The notes below the pieces were generated by a model, which was not told the DNA's origin, made no database searches, and saw only the letters and a program-made list of their open reading frames with translations. Of a stretch of 60,000 nt of DNA, positions 1 to 11,331 are shown one piece after another. Each line of letters starts with the position of its first letter. The first letter of the stretch is position 1. Source of the DNA: Amphiscolops sp. MND2022 (lineage: Eukaryota). Where the stretch lies: contig OZ076409.1 in assembly GCA_964187785.1 (NCBI GenBank), positions 6,822,001 through 6,882,000 of the forward strand, written 5' to 3'. A program made the translations under genes and the position numbers.

Positions 1-322
1 ATGTTTCATATGAAATATCAATTCAATGTGGAATAAACATTAGACATTAGTGCCACCTCTGTGAGTGGACTTAAAGTCACTTCGACCACACCAATACAGT
101 ACATCGCTTAACTCACTTTGGATTTATGTAGTTTTTTAAATGATTTTACTTCATGTATTTATTGTACAACCTAGTACAGTACAACGTATAATTAATTCGT
201 CGAAAAGATTTAAACGAATCAATCAATTATCGAGAATGTGTATTGAAACGTGTTCAACTGGTACAGTGCTATAGTCTAGATGACGCGTTGTCCAATCCTA
301 TTTATTAACCAATTACATGTAG

Positions 323-1030
323 TGTAACGACCGGCTAGCGACGCACATCTAGGAAGAGGGACAATGCCTAGGATGCTTAAACAGGAGACCGTTGTCTTAC
401 TACATACCTAGACATTGGTTTTTGATCCCAAAATGGTCTCCTAGGGGACTTTTCTATCGTCTAAGGAGGCTTCTCTAGTTAGAGCTCCGAAGCACCGCGC
501 CGGCACTCTCAAAGTCCGGACACGCCCCACAAGCCTGTAAAAACATTCCCTAGTGCTTTTAATGCGTTCCTACGACTTCCCGCATACTTCCGAGGTCCAA
601 AAAGGTGTCTAACTGAAATACATTATATTGAGTGAATGAGGACTGAAATGGAGACCTACTAGGTGTAACATTATCCAAATACTCAGAAAACAGTAATAAA
701 CACGGGGATAAGTCCCAATTACTTTACAGTCCATCGTCGTTCGTCGATTTTCTGCCTCTGGCATCATTCTTCATCATCGGGCACTTCTTCGGAGAGATGG
801 CACAACACCCCGATCCGCTTGTTCTTTTCTTCTGATCTCTTTCACTTTTCCCTCGCATTCTTTTTTTGATATTTTTCCACGTGCTCTCTTCTTTGCTCTG
901 TCTTCGCGTGTCTTCTTTTTTTGTTCATGTGCTCGTACATGCCAGGTCGGCCATTTTGATTGTTCCATTTTGATATCGCACATTTCGAATTTTTCATCGA
1001 AATGTTGTCATGCCGGTGGCAGACGTTACA
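323..1030. mobile_element. Solo LTR, family B (same family as the LTRs at 24333-25067 and 28638-29364)
   Basis: Starts TGTAACG and ends CGTTACA. The first ~400 bp closely match 24333 onward. Flanked by tag...tag. Confidence 0.8.
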
Positions 1031-1331
1031 TAGCTTTTCGCATCTGAATGTTTTCGTGGTGAGCATATTACCAGAGTAGATGAACTCATTACTTTATATC
1101 AAACAATGTAAACAGTTGTTTTATCTAAAAGCTTGATTTCATTTGTGGCTTGTGAGACATGAAACCCATTTCGTTTGCTGCATAACGTAATGTCACTCGT
1201 TGCTAAATATAGAAACCTATGTAAATTGAATTAGGGCAACCAATAACAAGCGTGACGTCACTTTTTTGATATGGATCTATTTATACTTGTGACTTACCTT
1301 TTAGGCCATTATGATTCTCTGATGACGTTAA

Positions 1332-1795
1332 TTTTAGTCGGCATTTTGATTATTGAAAGAGATCGACTATTACAGTCACTCGTTTGTTTTCTTTGAGACA
1401 AAATTGAAGCGACGAAACTTTTCTTCAGTTGTTCAACTAAACGAATACATGGGAAACGCATCTAAGTTATTGCAAAGGGTCCGTTCTTTCAATTGTTACT
1501 TTTTAAACATTACACACAAACCCGGGCGAGACTAAAGGCTCCCCCTTCTCAAATTTTCAGGCGCTTTTTTTCAAAAAACATTGTGTCTTCAAAGCGCCTT
1601 CTTCGATTTTGTTGAAGTCCCCCTCGTAAGATCCAAATTTAAATTTTTGACGTTACATCCGAACTATAAAGCTTTTTAGTAAATAGGAGACGGAGGTTCG
1701 AAAATGAAGTTTTCACGAAAACGACCTACGCATGTTTCAAATCTGAGCTGTTTGAGCCTCAGATATAGTGACGACTTCAGACGTTCCCGTCTTTT
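1332..1795 (+). mobile_element. Helentron-like (HINE/DINE-type) non-autonomous repeat, decayed copy
   Basis: 5' TTTTAGTCGGC and 3' ...gacttcagacgttcccgtctttt match the copies at 31288, 48349 and 34671. Confidence 0.6.
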
Positions 1796-2914
1796 TTGTA
1801 ACATTACATGAGTGCCATGCCCTGTAGAGTATATATCACTCGGACGTTGAGTCCGCATGGCTGAACTTGTTACGACCACATCTAATGACAACCTTTGCAT
1901 CAACCATTCCCTGTTTTGTTGTGACTTGTGTTTTCGCATTTTGTTTAATAACTTGTGAATCTGCTATTAATTTGTTAAGTTGAAAAACCAATTTCATTAG
2001 GAAAGATAAAAATTGTGGTACCGAAAAACATTTTATTCAAATTTTTGGAATTGTTTCCTGAAATACTGCAAAGAATCGCTTGGTTTCATTACAACGACGG
2101 GTTATAAAGAATGTATCTTCCATTGGTATGATCACATCATGAACAACATCAGAACCGCCCTCCGAATATACCAAGTTTAGTCCCTGGAAGCAATGTATGA
2201 TAGCAGAATAAATGAAACCTTGAAGTCTTCATGACTAGTCAGGATATATCAATTGATAACACTCATATTAACAATCAAAACAAACCCTATTGGGGGTTAC
2301 ATGTTTGTTGATCGGGCGAAGGTTTCCTATTATTATCTGTAGGTTTGTTCTGATAATTATAATTAACAACTGAAGTTTATTACAAACTTGTCATCGGTAA
2401 ATACGATTACATTCACGGGTTATGAGGTGTCGTTTATACGATATATAACAACTTGATCAAAAAGTTTCCCGGGTTGCGACTTTGTTCAACAAAAGCTCAT
2501 GCGTTCAATTTTTCTGCAATAAATATGAAATTTTGTTCAAGAAAAGTGCTTGAAAACAACCAAGTTTTATTGAACTATCCAATAAGGTTGAATAAATTAA
2601 TGTAGAGTGGAGAATATCTCAGTGTTCAGCGGTGTCTCGTGTAGCAAACTTGACTTTTGGTGGTTTCAAGTCCCCTAGGACCACAAGATTTGAACCTTTC
2701 AGTTTTAATTTTCTCCCGGGAAAAAAATGTTGCTACTTTCCAATTAAAAATCCGATTTTGGAATCCTTGCTATACTATACATCCTACGAGCTATATTTGA
2801 GAAAACAAGAACGCACACTCAAATCCCATCGCAGTCCCATAGAGCCCCATATAAACAAAGGCATCCACTGGAATACAGAAATTCCGAGGAAAAAGATTTA
2901 TAGAACTCGTCATC

Positions 2915-3370
2915 GGGAGCGGGACAAAACAGCCGATTTTCAAAATAGGACAAAACAGCCGATTTTTGAAATAGGACAAAACAGCTGATTTTAAAACAGT
3001 ACAAAGTCCGAAAGAATAAAATAAATTTTTCAATTTCCCCTAGTCAGCTATGTTCTCATACTCCTAGTGCCCTAAATGCAGGAGCGAAGCGAAGCGGAGC
3101 GACGTGCCATATGGCCATGCCTCAATGTTGCTACTTGGCGAAGGGAGCGAAACGACCGGGCCATACAACAAATATGCTAAGTATTTTTGAAAATCAGCTG
3201 TTTTGTCCCGATTCAAAAATCGGCTGTTTTGTCCCGTTTTGAAAATCGGCTGTTTTGTCCCGTTTTGAGAATCGGCTGTTTTGTCCCGTTTTGAAAATCG
3301 GCTGTTTTGTCCCGTTTTGAGAATCGGCTGTTTTGTCTCGTTTTAAAAACGGCTGTTTTGTCCCGCATCC
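2915..3370. mobile_element. Foldback/Mutator-like MITE with inverted arrays of a 26-bp unit around a ~140-bp core
   Basis: GGACAAAACAGCCGATTTTCAAAA units on the left and their reverse complement on the right. Flanking direct repeat CTCGTCATC (2906-2914 / 3371-3379; 8-9 bp depending on terminus). Confidence 0.8.
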
Positions 3371-3557
3371 CTCGTCATCTTCAAAATTTAGAATTTCTTC
3401 GACTTGAAGCAATGAGATAAGACATTAGCAGCTTCTAAACTTGCGTAGTATAGACTATTGTAGATAGGCTTGAAAAAACTATCGAAATTCCTGGTATTTT
3501 TAGTCGACGCTTCCATAGAAAACGCAGACTATACTGGTGGATTTCGTAAAGACCAGT

Positions 3558-4115
3558 TTAGTCACTGTAAGAGCCACGTCCCGTGGTGTCTCTCAAATCA
3601 CCAACGGACCGCGAGTCCTTTTTCAATAATTTTGTTTTCAAGCCGGATGAAATTTCCCTATTTTCCTGACTGCTAGGGGACATGCTAGCCTCAGTGTCCC
3701 TGTTCCCAGAGGAAGACATTGAACTCACAATATTTTGAATCTCTGGTAGCACCTTTTCTGATATGGCAGTACTGATTGCCCTATTTATTTGACTATGTAC
3801 CATGGCCATCATGGAATCCATTTCTTGAGACAGTCTAAGATTAAATTCATTTGAGAAAGTTTCAAAAGACTGCCTGACATCGTTCTGCCTGTATTCACTA
3901 TTCTCATGGGAGAAGTTTCTATATTCATCCCTTTGGTACAGATTAGCCTCACTGTCACTACGAACTGAAGATTGTTCAATTGCTTCAGTTAATTCTCTCT
4001 CTATGGGATTTTCACTCCCATTACCTAACATTACGTCCAAGTTGTCCATGTCGGACATCATGTCCATTTCTCTAGACTTTCTAGTTTTCGCCTTTTGACG
4101 TCTCGTAGAAGGCAT
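3558..4115 (-). CDS. Copy of the Gag N-terminus carried in the 3' LTR (frame intact, runs off the LTR end)
   Basis: MPSTRRQKAK...RGSY matches the N-terminal Gag encoded in the 5' LTR and stops just beyond the element boundary. Confidence 0.7.
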   Translation of the reverse strand: MPSTRRQKAKTRKSREMDMMSDMDNLDVMLGNGSENPIERELTEAIEQSSVRSDSEANLYQRDEYRNFSHENSEYRQNDVRQSFETFSNEFNLRLSQEMDSMMAMVHSQINRAISTAISEKVLPEIQNIVSSMSSSGNRDTEASMSPSSQENREISSGLKTKLLKKDSRSVGDLRDTTGRGSYSD

Positions 4116-5310
4116 GAGAGATTGTTGCAAGAGGAAAGAATTTAAATTGAAATCTTTAAGCTTGCAAATTAAAATTGTATTCGGTATTATAACAGCGAAC
4201 TTGACTGTGACTATTCGTATGAAGATTATGTCCCCAGGACCACGAGTCCCGGTTATTTATAATCAACTAAACATGACATGCACAAAAGTGGTAGTCATCA
4301 GTCTAATTTTAGCAACAGGTATTCTAAAAATAGACACAACATACAACGTGTCTTTACAAATATATTATCGTAATACTAAAATTAGCAACAGGTATGACGT
4401 AATTGATTCACGTGCTTCTACATATATGAAGTAGTTTCGTTCAAAGATGCACATGTGCCCCTTCAGGCCATTCAATTAAGTTTCAGTAGCAACACTTCAT
4501 GTAAAACAATACATACTAGATCATATGAAATAAATACATGCAAAGATGGTATGTGAACATTGAGCTGTCCTTTATGGCCTTTTAAGATACAAACAGCTCG
4601 TCTTGACTTTCTATCCAGGAAGTTCTGGAAAATAAGAGAATACAAAAGAGGGGGGGAAAAGGACTAATGGTCCTTTTGTAAACAAGGTGACAGATCTCCA
4701 ATCAGAGTAAATATACCGCTTCTGAGATAGTACATTATCAATTTCAATATACGCACTTCTTTTAATCTAGTTTGGACTCAGTGTCCACGCGTCCCTATAT
4801 AGTACAAGAGTAGCGTCGTTGTGGTGGCGAGTGGCCCTTGAGTCCTTTAATTTAGAATACAGCACAAAAGCGAGCAAATGAACAATGCACTGTGATTGGT
4901 TGAGAAATTGGATGGACAGCGCGTCTAGCGAGACAGGAAAGGAAACATTTGAACTCGTTTCCTTTACCTGTACGCCTTGGTGTCCAATTTCTCAGCCGTG
5001 GTATATATCTATCACTGTTATACATGTATTAATACACTATATTCAATTTTCAGCTACATACTTTACATGGTTAATTCCGGATAATTATTCCAAAGCGTTT
5101 CAAATTTCATTAATATAAAAGCCCCGAATAAAATGATATACTTACATAAACATATGCGAAATCAATCACAATAAGATAAGTCTATAGTTTGTCTTCTTAG
5201 ACTTTTGGACTAATAGTCCATTTCTCAGTTCATCGGGAGGGTACCAGGGAGAGTATTGTAGTTGTAGCCGACTGAGTACCAATTGCCATCGCAGGCGGCA
5301 GCCCGCGACA
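3566..5310 (-). repeat. 3' LTR (1745 bp)
   Basis: Direct repeat of 17640-19383 with about 10 differences by eye. Termini TGT...ACA. Confidence 0.97.
4774..4900 (-). promoter_or_regulatory. Putative LTR promoter (CCAAT and TATA); the twin lies at ~18847-18973 in the 5' LTR
   Basis: Minus strand CCAATCA at ~4893-4899 and TATATAG at ~4795-4801, upstream of the gag ATG. Confidence 0.45.
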
Positions 5311-6043
5311 CTCCCCCTGGCATAAGTAGAAAGGCGTTTGCGTTCATGCCATCTAGGAATGCTCTCCTCCTTGCCTGAGTCTCAGCTAAAGTCTCTCCTA
5401 CAGTTACTGTCCTGTCCAGATATTCGTTGACGGTCTCTTCTTGAATTTGTCTGACTGATTTCCCGCATACCACGCAGTCTGAGTAGTTGACTAAGGAGGG
5501 TGGCTCAGCAAGGACCATCTCGTCGAAATGACTTGCCACCGCTTCCATTGACGTGTTCATGGATGATGGTGAATCGTCATGAGGCTCACATGGGTATTGT
5601 AGACCTCTGTCCTGTTCAGGCGGAGACAGCGGGGTGTCCACCTGCGGTACTAGATTTCGGCATATATTTATGGGGTGATTAGATTTGATCCTGTTGTCCC
5701 GACTTACAGGCCCATTTCCCCTTGCCAAGTTGAAGTACTTCTCCCCAAAGGTAGGAAATGGTGGCACATTTGGCCTGGGTGTCACAGGTCTTTTCTGCTT
5801 TTGACCGGCTGAAGTTGAAGGAATTGATATGGGCTCCGCAAGTTGTCTCTCAATGCATTTGGCCATGAGTCTAATCTCGTCTGATTCGTCTTCGGACGAC
5901 AGGTACAAGTCTTCCACAGACCACCCACAATTCGAGTCCATCGCTTCCTCTTCGTCGCTAGAGATGTATATGATTGCCGGTTCCCCTTCTGATCTTGCTG
6001 CTCCGATGAAGTCCATCGGGAAAGTCTCGGAGATGTCTGACAT
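5225..6043 (-). CDS. Accessory ORF (272 aa) overlapping the PPT and 3' LTR; acidic SIM-like N-terminus and a CxxC motif
   Basis: Uninterrupted ATG ORF with IIYISSDEEE and CVVCGKSV...VNEYLD. Codons for PGGVS span the PPT/LTR junction. Confidence 0.7.
   Translation of the reverse strand: MSDISETFPMDFIGAARSEGEPAIIYISSDEEEAMDSNCGWSVEDLYLSSEDESDEIRLMAKCIERQLAEPISIPSTSAGQKQKRPVTPRPNVPPFPTFGEKYFNLARGNGPVSRDNRIKSNHPINICRNLVPQVDTPLSPPEQDRGLQYPCEPHDDSPSSMNTSMEAVASHFDEMVLAEPPSLVNYSDCVVCGKSVRQIQEETVNEYLDRTVTVGETLAETQARRRAFLDGMNANAFLLMPGGVSRAAACDGNWYSVGYNYNTLPGTLPMN
5311..5318 (-). promoter_or_regulatory. Polypurine tract
   Basis: Minus strand AGGGGGAG immediately before the TG of the 3' LTR. Confidence 0.85.
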
Positions 6044-7318
6044 AGCTCGGATTTTGAAGATTTTCTTTGCAATTTTGATTGTTTTCCTGTTGGAATTTAA
6101 ATGTTGTTGAAATCAACTGATTTTCAGCGGAGAAATTGAGATTATGGCGATCTCAGTTTCCTTCGACCACGAGTCTCTTCGTTTCTCCTTTCCCGGGTTT
6201 TCATATTTCCCGGAAAGTAATTCTTCAATAACAGATTCCGCTTCTCTTGTTCTTTCATCATGCCGCCAAGACACTTTGTAATTGCCGACATCAGTTTTAT
6301 TGACTATCATCAGCTAAGCTAATACTTCTAAGTTAGGAGAGTTACCTCAAGTGTTTATTAACACTCATCAGGCACTTGAAAGACTCAAGGAGGTAAAGTT
6401 ATGGCAGTCAGCCACGCCGGCCTTCATCGGTATGATCAACCAATAAGATTGCAGCAAAATTTCTCCCAAGTTAAAATGGCCTTTCAAGGTCGCAAGTCCA
6501 TATAAGGAATAATATAAAATGACCTTGAAAACGGAATAAAATAAAATAAGAAAAAATAAAATAAAATCATGGAATAATTTTGCAAATAACAAAGTTTTCG
6601 AAATTAATGGAAAAAGTAGATATCGCTGGCAGACTTTATCCACATATCTCCATAAATTGTAAATACTTGTAAATTTGACACCAAATTGTATAGCCACGAA
6701 CTCCAATCTTGACATCTTGTCACATCGCCAATTCTTCTTTCAATTCTTTATCATTCAGTTGTACTATTCACTTCTTGTATTATCCAGTATTTAATCACCA
6801 CATTTACTCTACATCGTATTTAATCCATAGTTAGTTTGAGTCTACAAGTCGTTTTTATTTATATATTTCTTTATATCTCCATCCCACTTTCATCTTCGGA
6901 CTCAGCGTCCACACGTCCCTAATCCTACGGATCTGTAAGGAATACTCTGACTAATCGACATCCAGTCCAGCTTGGTGATCTTAGTCAATTTCAACATCCC
7001 CAACTTCCTTCACACATACGGTGCAGCAATTTTTCACCTTCATCGCGACATACTACTTCACAAGCCGATTTGTATCTTTGCGAGGATCTACTGATATACT
7101 GCCAGTACCAAATTCCAAGTAAGTAGTTGCTCTTCTTTTGTTTTGAATAGAGATTAGGCTTGATCAGGGCTTTAATCACTTTCATCGACTTCCTGTCCAC
7201 ATAACACAAGTGTTCACAAGTGTTCAAACAAATCAACTTCCGGAAGATTTTTAAATGCGGTAAAATGGATTTTAATTCAGGAAGGTTCCCGCTTGATTTC
7301 CTCTCTTTTTATTTAGAC

Positions 7319-10300
7319 ATGTCGTCAGAGAACGTTGTTGAAGAAGCTACTACCATACCTCCTGGCACAGAGGGACAAGAACAGTCAGCAAATCCCCTCC
7401 CTACCGTCGTCAGCTCGACACAAGTCATTCCCCAGGAGACTTTAACCCCCAGTCCATCAACAGAAGAGAGCGTCAGTGCATATGTAGAGCGCACATTACA
7501 AGAATTAGGGCCCCAACATGAAGTTTGCTTCAACCCGACCATTGAGGCCGAATCGACAGAGCCAACTCCGGAACAGACTATACCAAAGGCATCTGTCTCG
7601 GATGCAATCGACAAGCTCATTGAAGGGAATGAGGGCCAGCCAGACGTATTAGTGGAGACTGAAACTCATAAAGAAGAAATGAGTGAAGAGGGCCAATTTA
7701 AGCTCAAAGCAGACTACTTCCAAACTGATACTAGCTCGGTAGAGGAGCTCTACGATAGTGCCGGGGCGGATACCACGACTCGTAAGCTCACATTTATAAC
7801 TTCTGGGGTTGCTGATCCAGAGGAGGAGGGACAAGAAGATCTGAATACAGGCCGTCTAGCTGAGACATCCAGTGTTGTTACTCGCGTACGACAATCGAAG
7901 GAAAAGACTGGCCTTACTGTCCCTGGTCGAGCATTGCTTAAGAAGTATTTCAATGAGGCCCCACCGGTTCACTTGCCTGTTGGGCACCGAACCCTGGCTC
8001 TTAGTGAGCCACAAGTCCATGCATTACTCAAGGTTGTCTCAGATGAAGCCGTTTCGTCGTCATTGCACACGATGCATTCACTGGTCAATGAAGCTCTCAA
8101 AGCCGGCAGTAGGATGAACAGGGAATGGGCTGTACCCGGAGGCTCTCGGGGTCCCCGTACAAATTCTGAGAGCTCGGCAGAAGACACATCCCGGGGCGGA
8201 CACACTACAGATGACTATACAAGTGGGGCTTTAAGTTCCGATGACGATTTCATCACCCGGCGACCCACACTTCCCCAAGTGTCGACGGACAATCAGGCTA
8301 CTTCGACTGAGGCAGTTACGTCCAGTGAAATGATCCCTAGTCCGGGGTTTACTGCCTCTGACTACAGGCCGTTATCCCAATTGTGTGCCCCCCAATCACC
8401 CGAGGGTCCCAAAAGACCCGTTCGAAAACGCAGGAAGGTGGCTGGATCTACAGGAAAAGTCATGAAAGAAGCCTATTTCAAAGGCATAAAATGGACCAAA
8501 ACCTTCGTGACCGGCCCCTTGGACCCAGAGCACAATAAACACAAATTTTATTGCCAAATCTGCAAGTCCAATATCTCTATGTTCTCAAAAGGGGCCAGGG
8601 AAATCGTGAGGCACTACCAGTCAGAGTCGCACCTTCGAAAAGACCAGCGCTGGAGGTACGAACACCTACGGCTTGTGGACCCGGTGACTGGCCAAGTGAG
8701 ACACGAAGTCCGGGGCAAAGACGGACGAGTCCTTACGCCAGTTGAGTTGGAGAGGGAAAAACCCCTTTTTGAGAACGCCGTTTTAGTTGACATAGGGGAC
8801 AAGCACCCCTTTTACGACGACTACATTGCCGGAACAACCGCTACGCCCAGCTCTGAAGAAATTAGAATTTGTACTCAGATTTCCCTGGTTGGCCACTTCG
8901 TCCCTCAGTGCGGAGACGTCCTGTTACTCCAGACTTTGTGGAACCAGATTGGCATAGCAGCTAACTACAAGGAACCATTTTCACCTCTCGAGTGGGGCGC
9001 TACCACTTTGACCGTAAGTATTCTTTCCTTTCTGACTTCGTCATCGTCGTAAGGTTTCCAATTGTCGTCGTCTCATTTAGTCCTTTATATTTCAGACTAT
9101 CTTTCACCACATTTTCCTCTGCGGAATGAGCGACAATTGTGTCAATCCGTTTCTGGAAGGCAGACACTTTGTGTACCGTTCGTCTCATGCAGTACCGCCT
9201 CGCCAGCGACCATGCCGCTGGACTGTTGACCGCAATAGCGCGCATCTTCTCATTCTGTACAGTCAGTACAGCCGCAATTGGTCAGTGTGTCTTGCTGTCC
9301 GTCGGAACTCATTCCCATTTTGGAACAGTCGGGCTTGCTAACGAAGAAAGGAATTCAATACCCATTTAGATTTGATACATTTTCTTTGCCCAAGCTCATG
9401 CATCAGAAATGGGGAAGCGTCTTCGGAGGGATCAACTTTTTCTCTCAACTCCGATTCTTAGTCACATTCGTAGATGGCTGTCAGGACGAGATCTGGGCCA
9501 CTCAGTCTCCTGAACTTGGCAAGGTAAATATAATCATATCTGTTTTGGCGGGTGGACTAATGGTCAGATTTCGCTCCCAAGTAGTTCTTTCGTTTAGGCA
9601 ATTTCAACTTGTTCTCTGGAAATCACATCAGTTCCTGCAATATGTTCCGAGCTGCTGGCGGACTGGAGGGCGGTCCATGATTATATGACCAGAGTTGCTC
9701 CGACTCAAAAAAACCAGGGAGTGAGGCATAGACCCCAAAGTTTAGAGTGGAGCATAATTGGTGATGAGTTCTTTCATCTCAAACTCGAATTCTTTGGCCG
9801 AATTGTCCGTGATTGTTAGTTTTTTCTTTTCTTTCATGGACCAATTATGTGTATAAGCATAGTTACTCACATTCAAGCTCACGTAGGGCCATTATTGTCC
9901 GAACGGACTAGGGGTCTACTCATTTATCACCAGTATATTCTCAAAAGGTTCGTTGTTTTGCAGATACCAAGTGCTTCGAGGGCAGTCTCTCTCAGCGGAA
10001 AGACTCTGGCTTCCTTACATACCGCGAGTTACGGCAGTTCGTGCGGAAGCTCTGCTACAGATCCTTGCTTCCGAAACATTTGCCTGATGAGGCCGACTGG
10101 ACTGGGCTACACTCATTACAGGGAGAGTCGCTCACTCAGCTTTCGTCACGGGATTTCCTCAATCGGTTAAAACTTAAAGGAGACCTGGACGCAGCTTGTC
10201 GGGCAAGAGCCAAACGTGAGGCCGACGATCCCCAAAGTGTATACACTGATTCTGAAGCCGCAGTTGAAGCAGTTAAGGAAGAATTTGCCTCCAAGGCTCG

Positions 10301-11117
10301 CAGTTATCTAGTTCGCCTTCTGGAACGTTTCCTTGATGACATCAGCTTCAATTCTGACATCGTTAAGGGTATGAGTTGCTTTGACCCTGTGGTCCTCCTT
10401 TCCGTGAGCTTTGATCAAGCCGCTCTTTGTTTTTCTACCCTCTATTACTCCTTCAGCTTGCGAGGATGGGTGTCCAATACTCCCGAGACTGAGGCCCGGG
10501 ATGAGTACCTTGAGTTCGTGGACTTCTTCCGTACCAAGTACCACGACTTTAAAGATGTTCCAGAAACTTTTACTGACATGATTGGGTTACTGACTCCCAT
10601 GCCTGAGTTGAGGTCCCGCCGGCACTTGTTCCATTTATTCCAGTTGAGTTGTCTTTGCTTGACTTCCCAGATTCCCAAACTGCCAGCTATCAAGTTCCAG
10701 GGCGTAAATAGCAGTGATCCTCGCTGTCGATTGTCCAGTGTCTTACTTCCTGCTCAGTCCTATTTAGCAAACGTGGTTGGGTCAGTAGCTGTATGTACAA
10801 CTGAGGCTTATTTGGAGAAATATCGCAAGCTTAAGTCCAGATTCATCAATGGGAATGTTGCAGGCGACCCCTGGGTCCACATTGACAGTTTTGGCAAGGC
10901 CAATTTCCTTAAGACTCTTATTTCCGGTCAGAAGGCTTTGAAAGATAAACCTCGCTCTGCTAGTCGGTCACCTTCGTCTTCGGTATCCAGTACTGGATGT
11001 CAGCGGCGTAATCGCAGTCCAATCAAAGATAAGAAAGGAGTGAAGTTTGGGGCTGTCTCCTTTTCTAAAGCACCCACTGCCAATGATACTCTGTTGCCCG
11101 GGAGTTCTAAAGACTAA
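7319..11117 (+). CDS. Antisense spliced gene, hAT-transposase-derived zinc-finger protein (exons 7319-9013, 9096-9523, 9598-9814, 9964-11117; exon 2 frameshifted in this copy)
   Basis: GT-AG introns with matching phases (0, 0, 1). BED-like finger CQIC...RHYQSESH, NLS KRPVRKRRK, and hAT-like segments LLADWRAVHDYM, LKLEFFGRIV and SDIVKGMSCFDP. Confidence 0.7.
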
Positions 11118-11331
11118 ATGTACATAGAGTACATTTGTTTCATATTCTGTCAACTTGTATTTATCATATTATCTCGTTTGTTGAAATTTCTTGAGTTTAT
11201 TTGTAGTATTTCTTGATGTCTAGTCTTCTTGATTTTTGTTTTCATTTGTATCAGTTGGGAAGTCCAGTGAAAAAATAGTAAGAAAATCAAGTAGTCTAAA
11301 AGGCTATCTGGACGTTAATTTACATATCTAG

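Noticed and set aside
3194..3370. 26-bp repeat array as a CRISPR array or as a 72-aa protein
   Set aside because: Units are contiguous with no unique spacers, are mirrored on the other side of a core, and there are no cas genes. The ORF is a repeat artefact.
4114..4434. 106-aa plus-strand ORF present in both LTRs
   Set aside because: Its duplication is explained by LTR identity and it has no recognisable features.
5225..6043. env gene
   Set aside because: No signal peptide, furin site or transmembrane anchor.
7220..7318. Listed start of the 610-aa ORF
   Set aside because: Non-ATG start. A polypyrimidine tract and AG at 7316 just before ATG 7319 indicate intron/UTR, and the ORF tail after 9013 is intron read-through.
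6700..11330. Independent nested hAT transposon
   Set aside because: No TIR pair or 8-bp TSD seen and the catalytic motifs appear absent. Disfavoured but not fully excluded without other copies.
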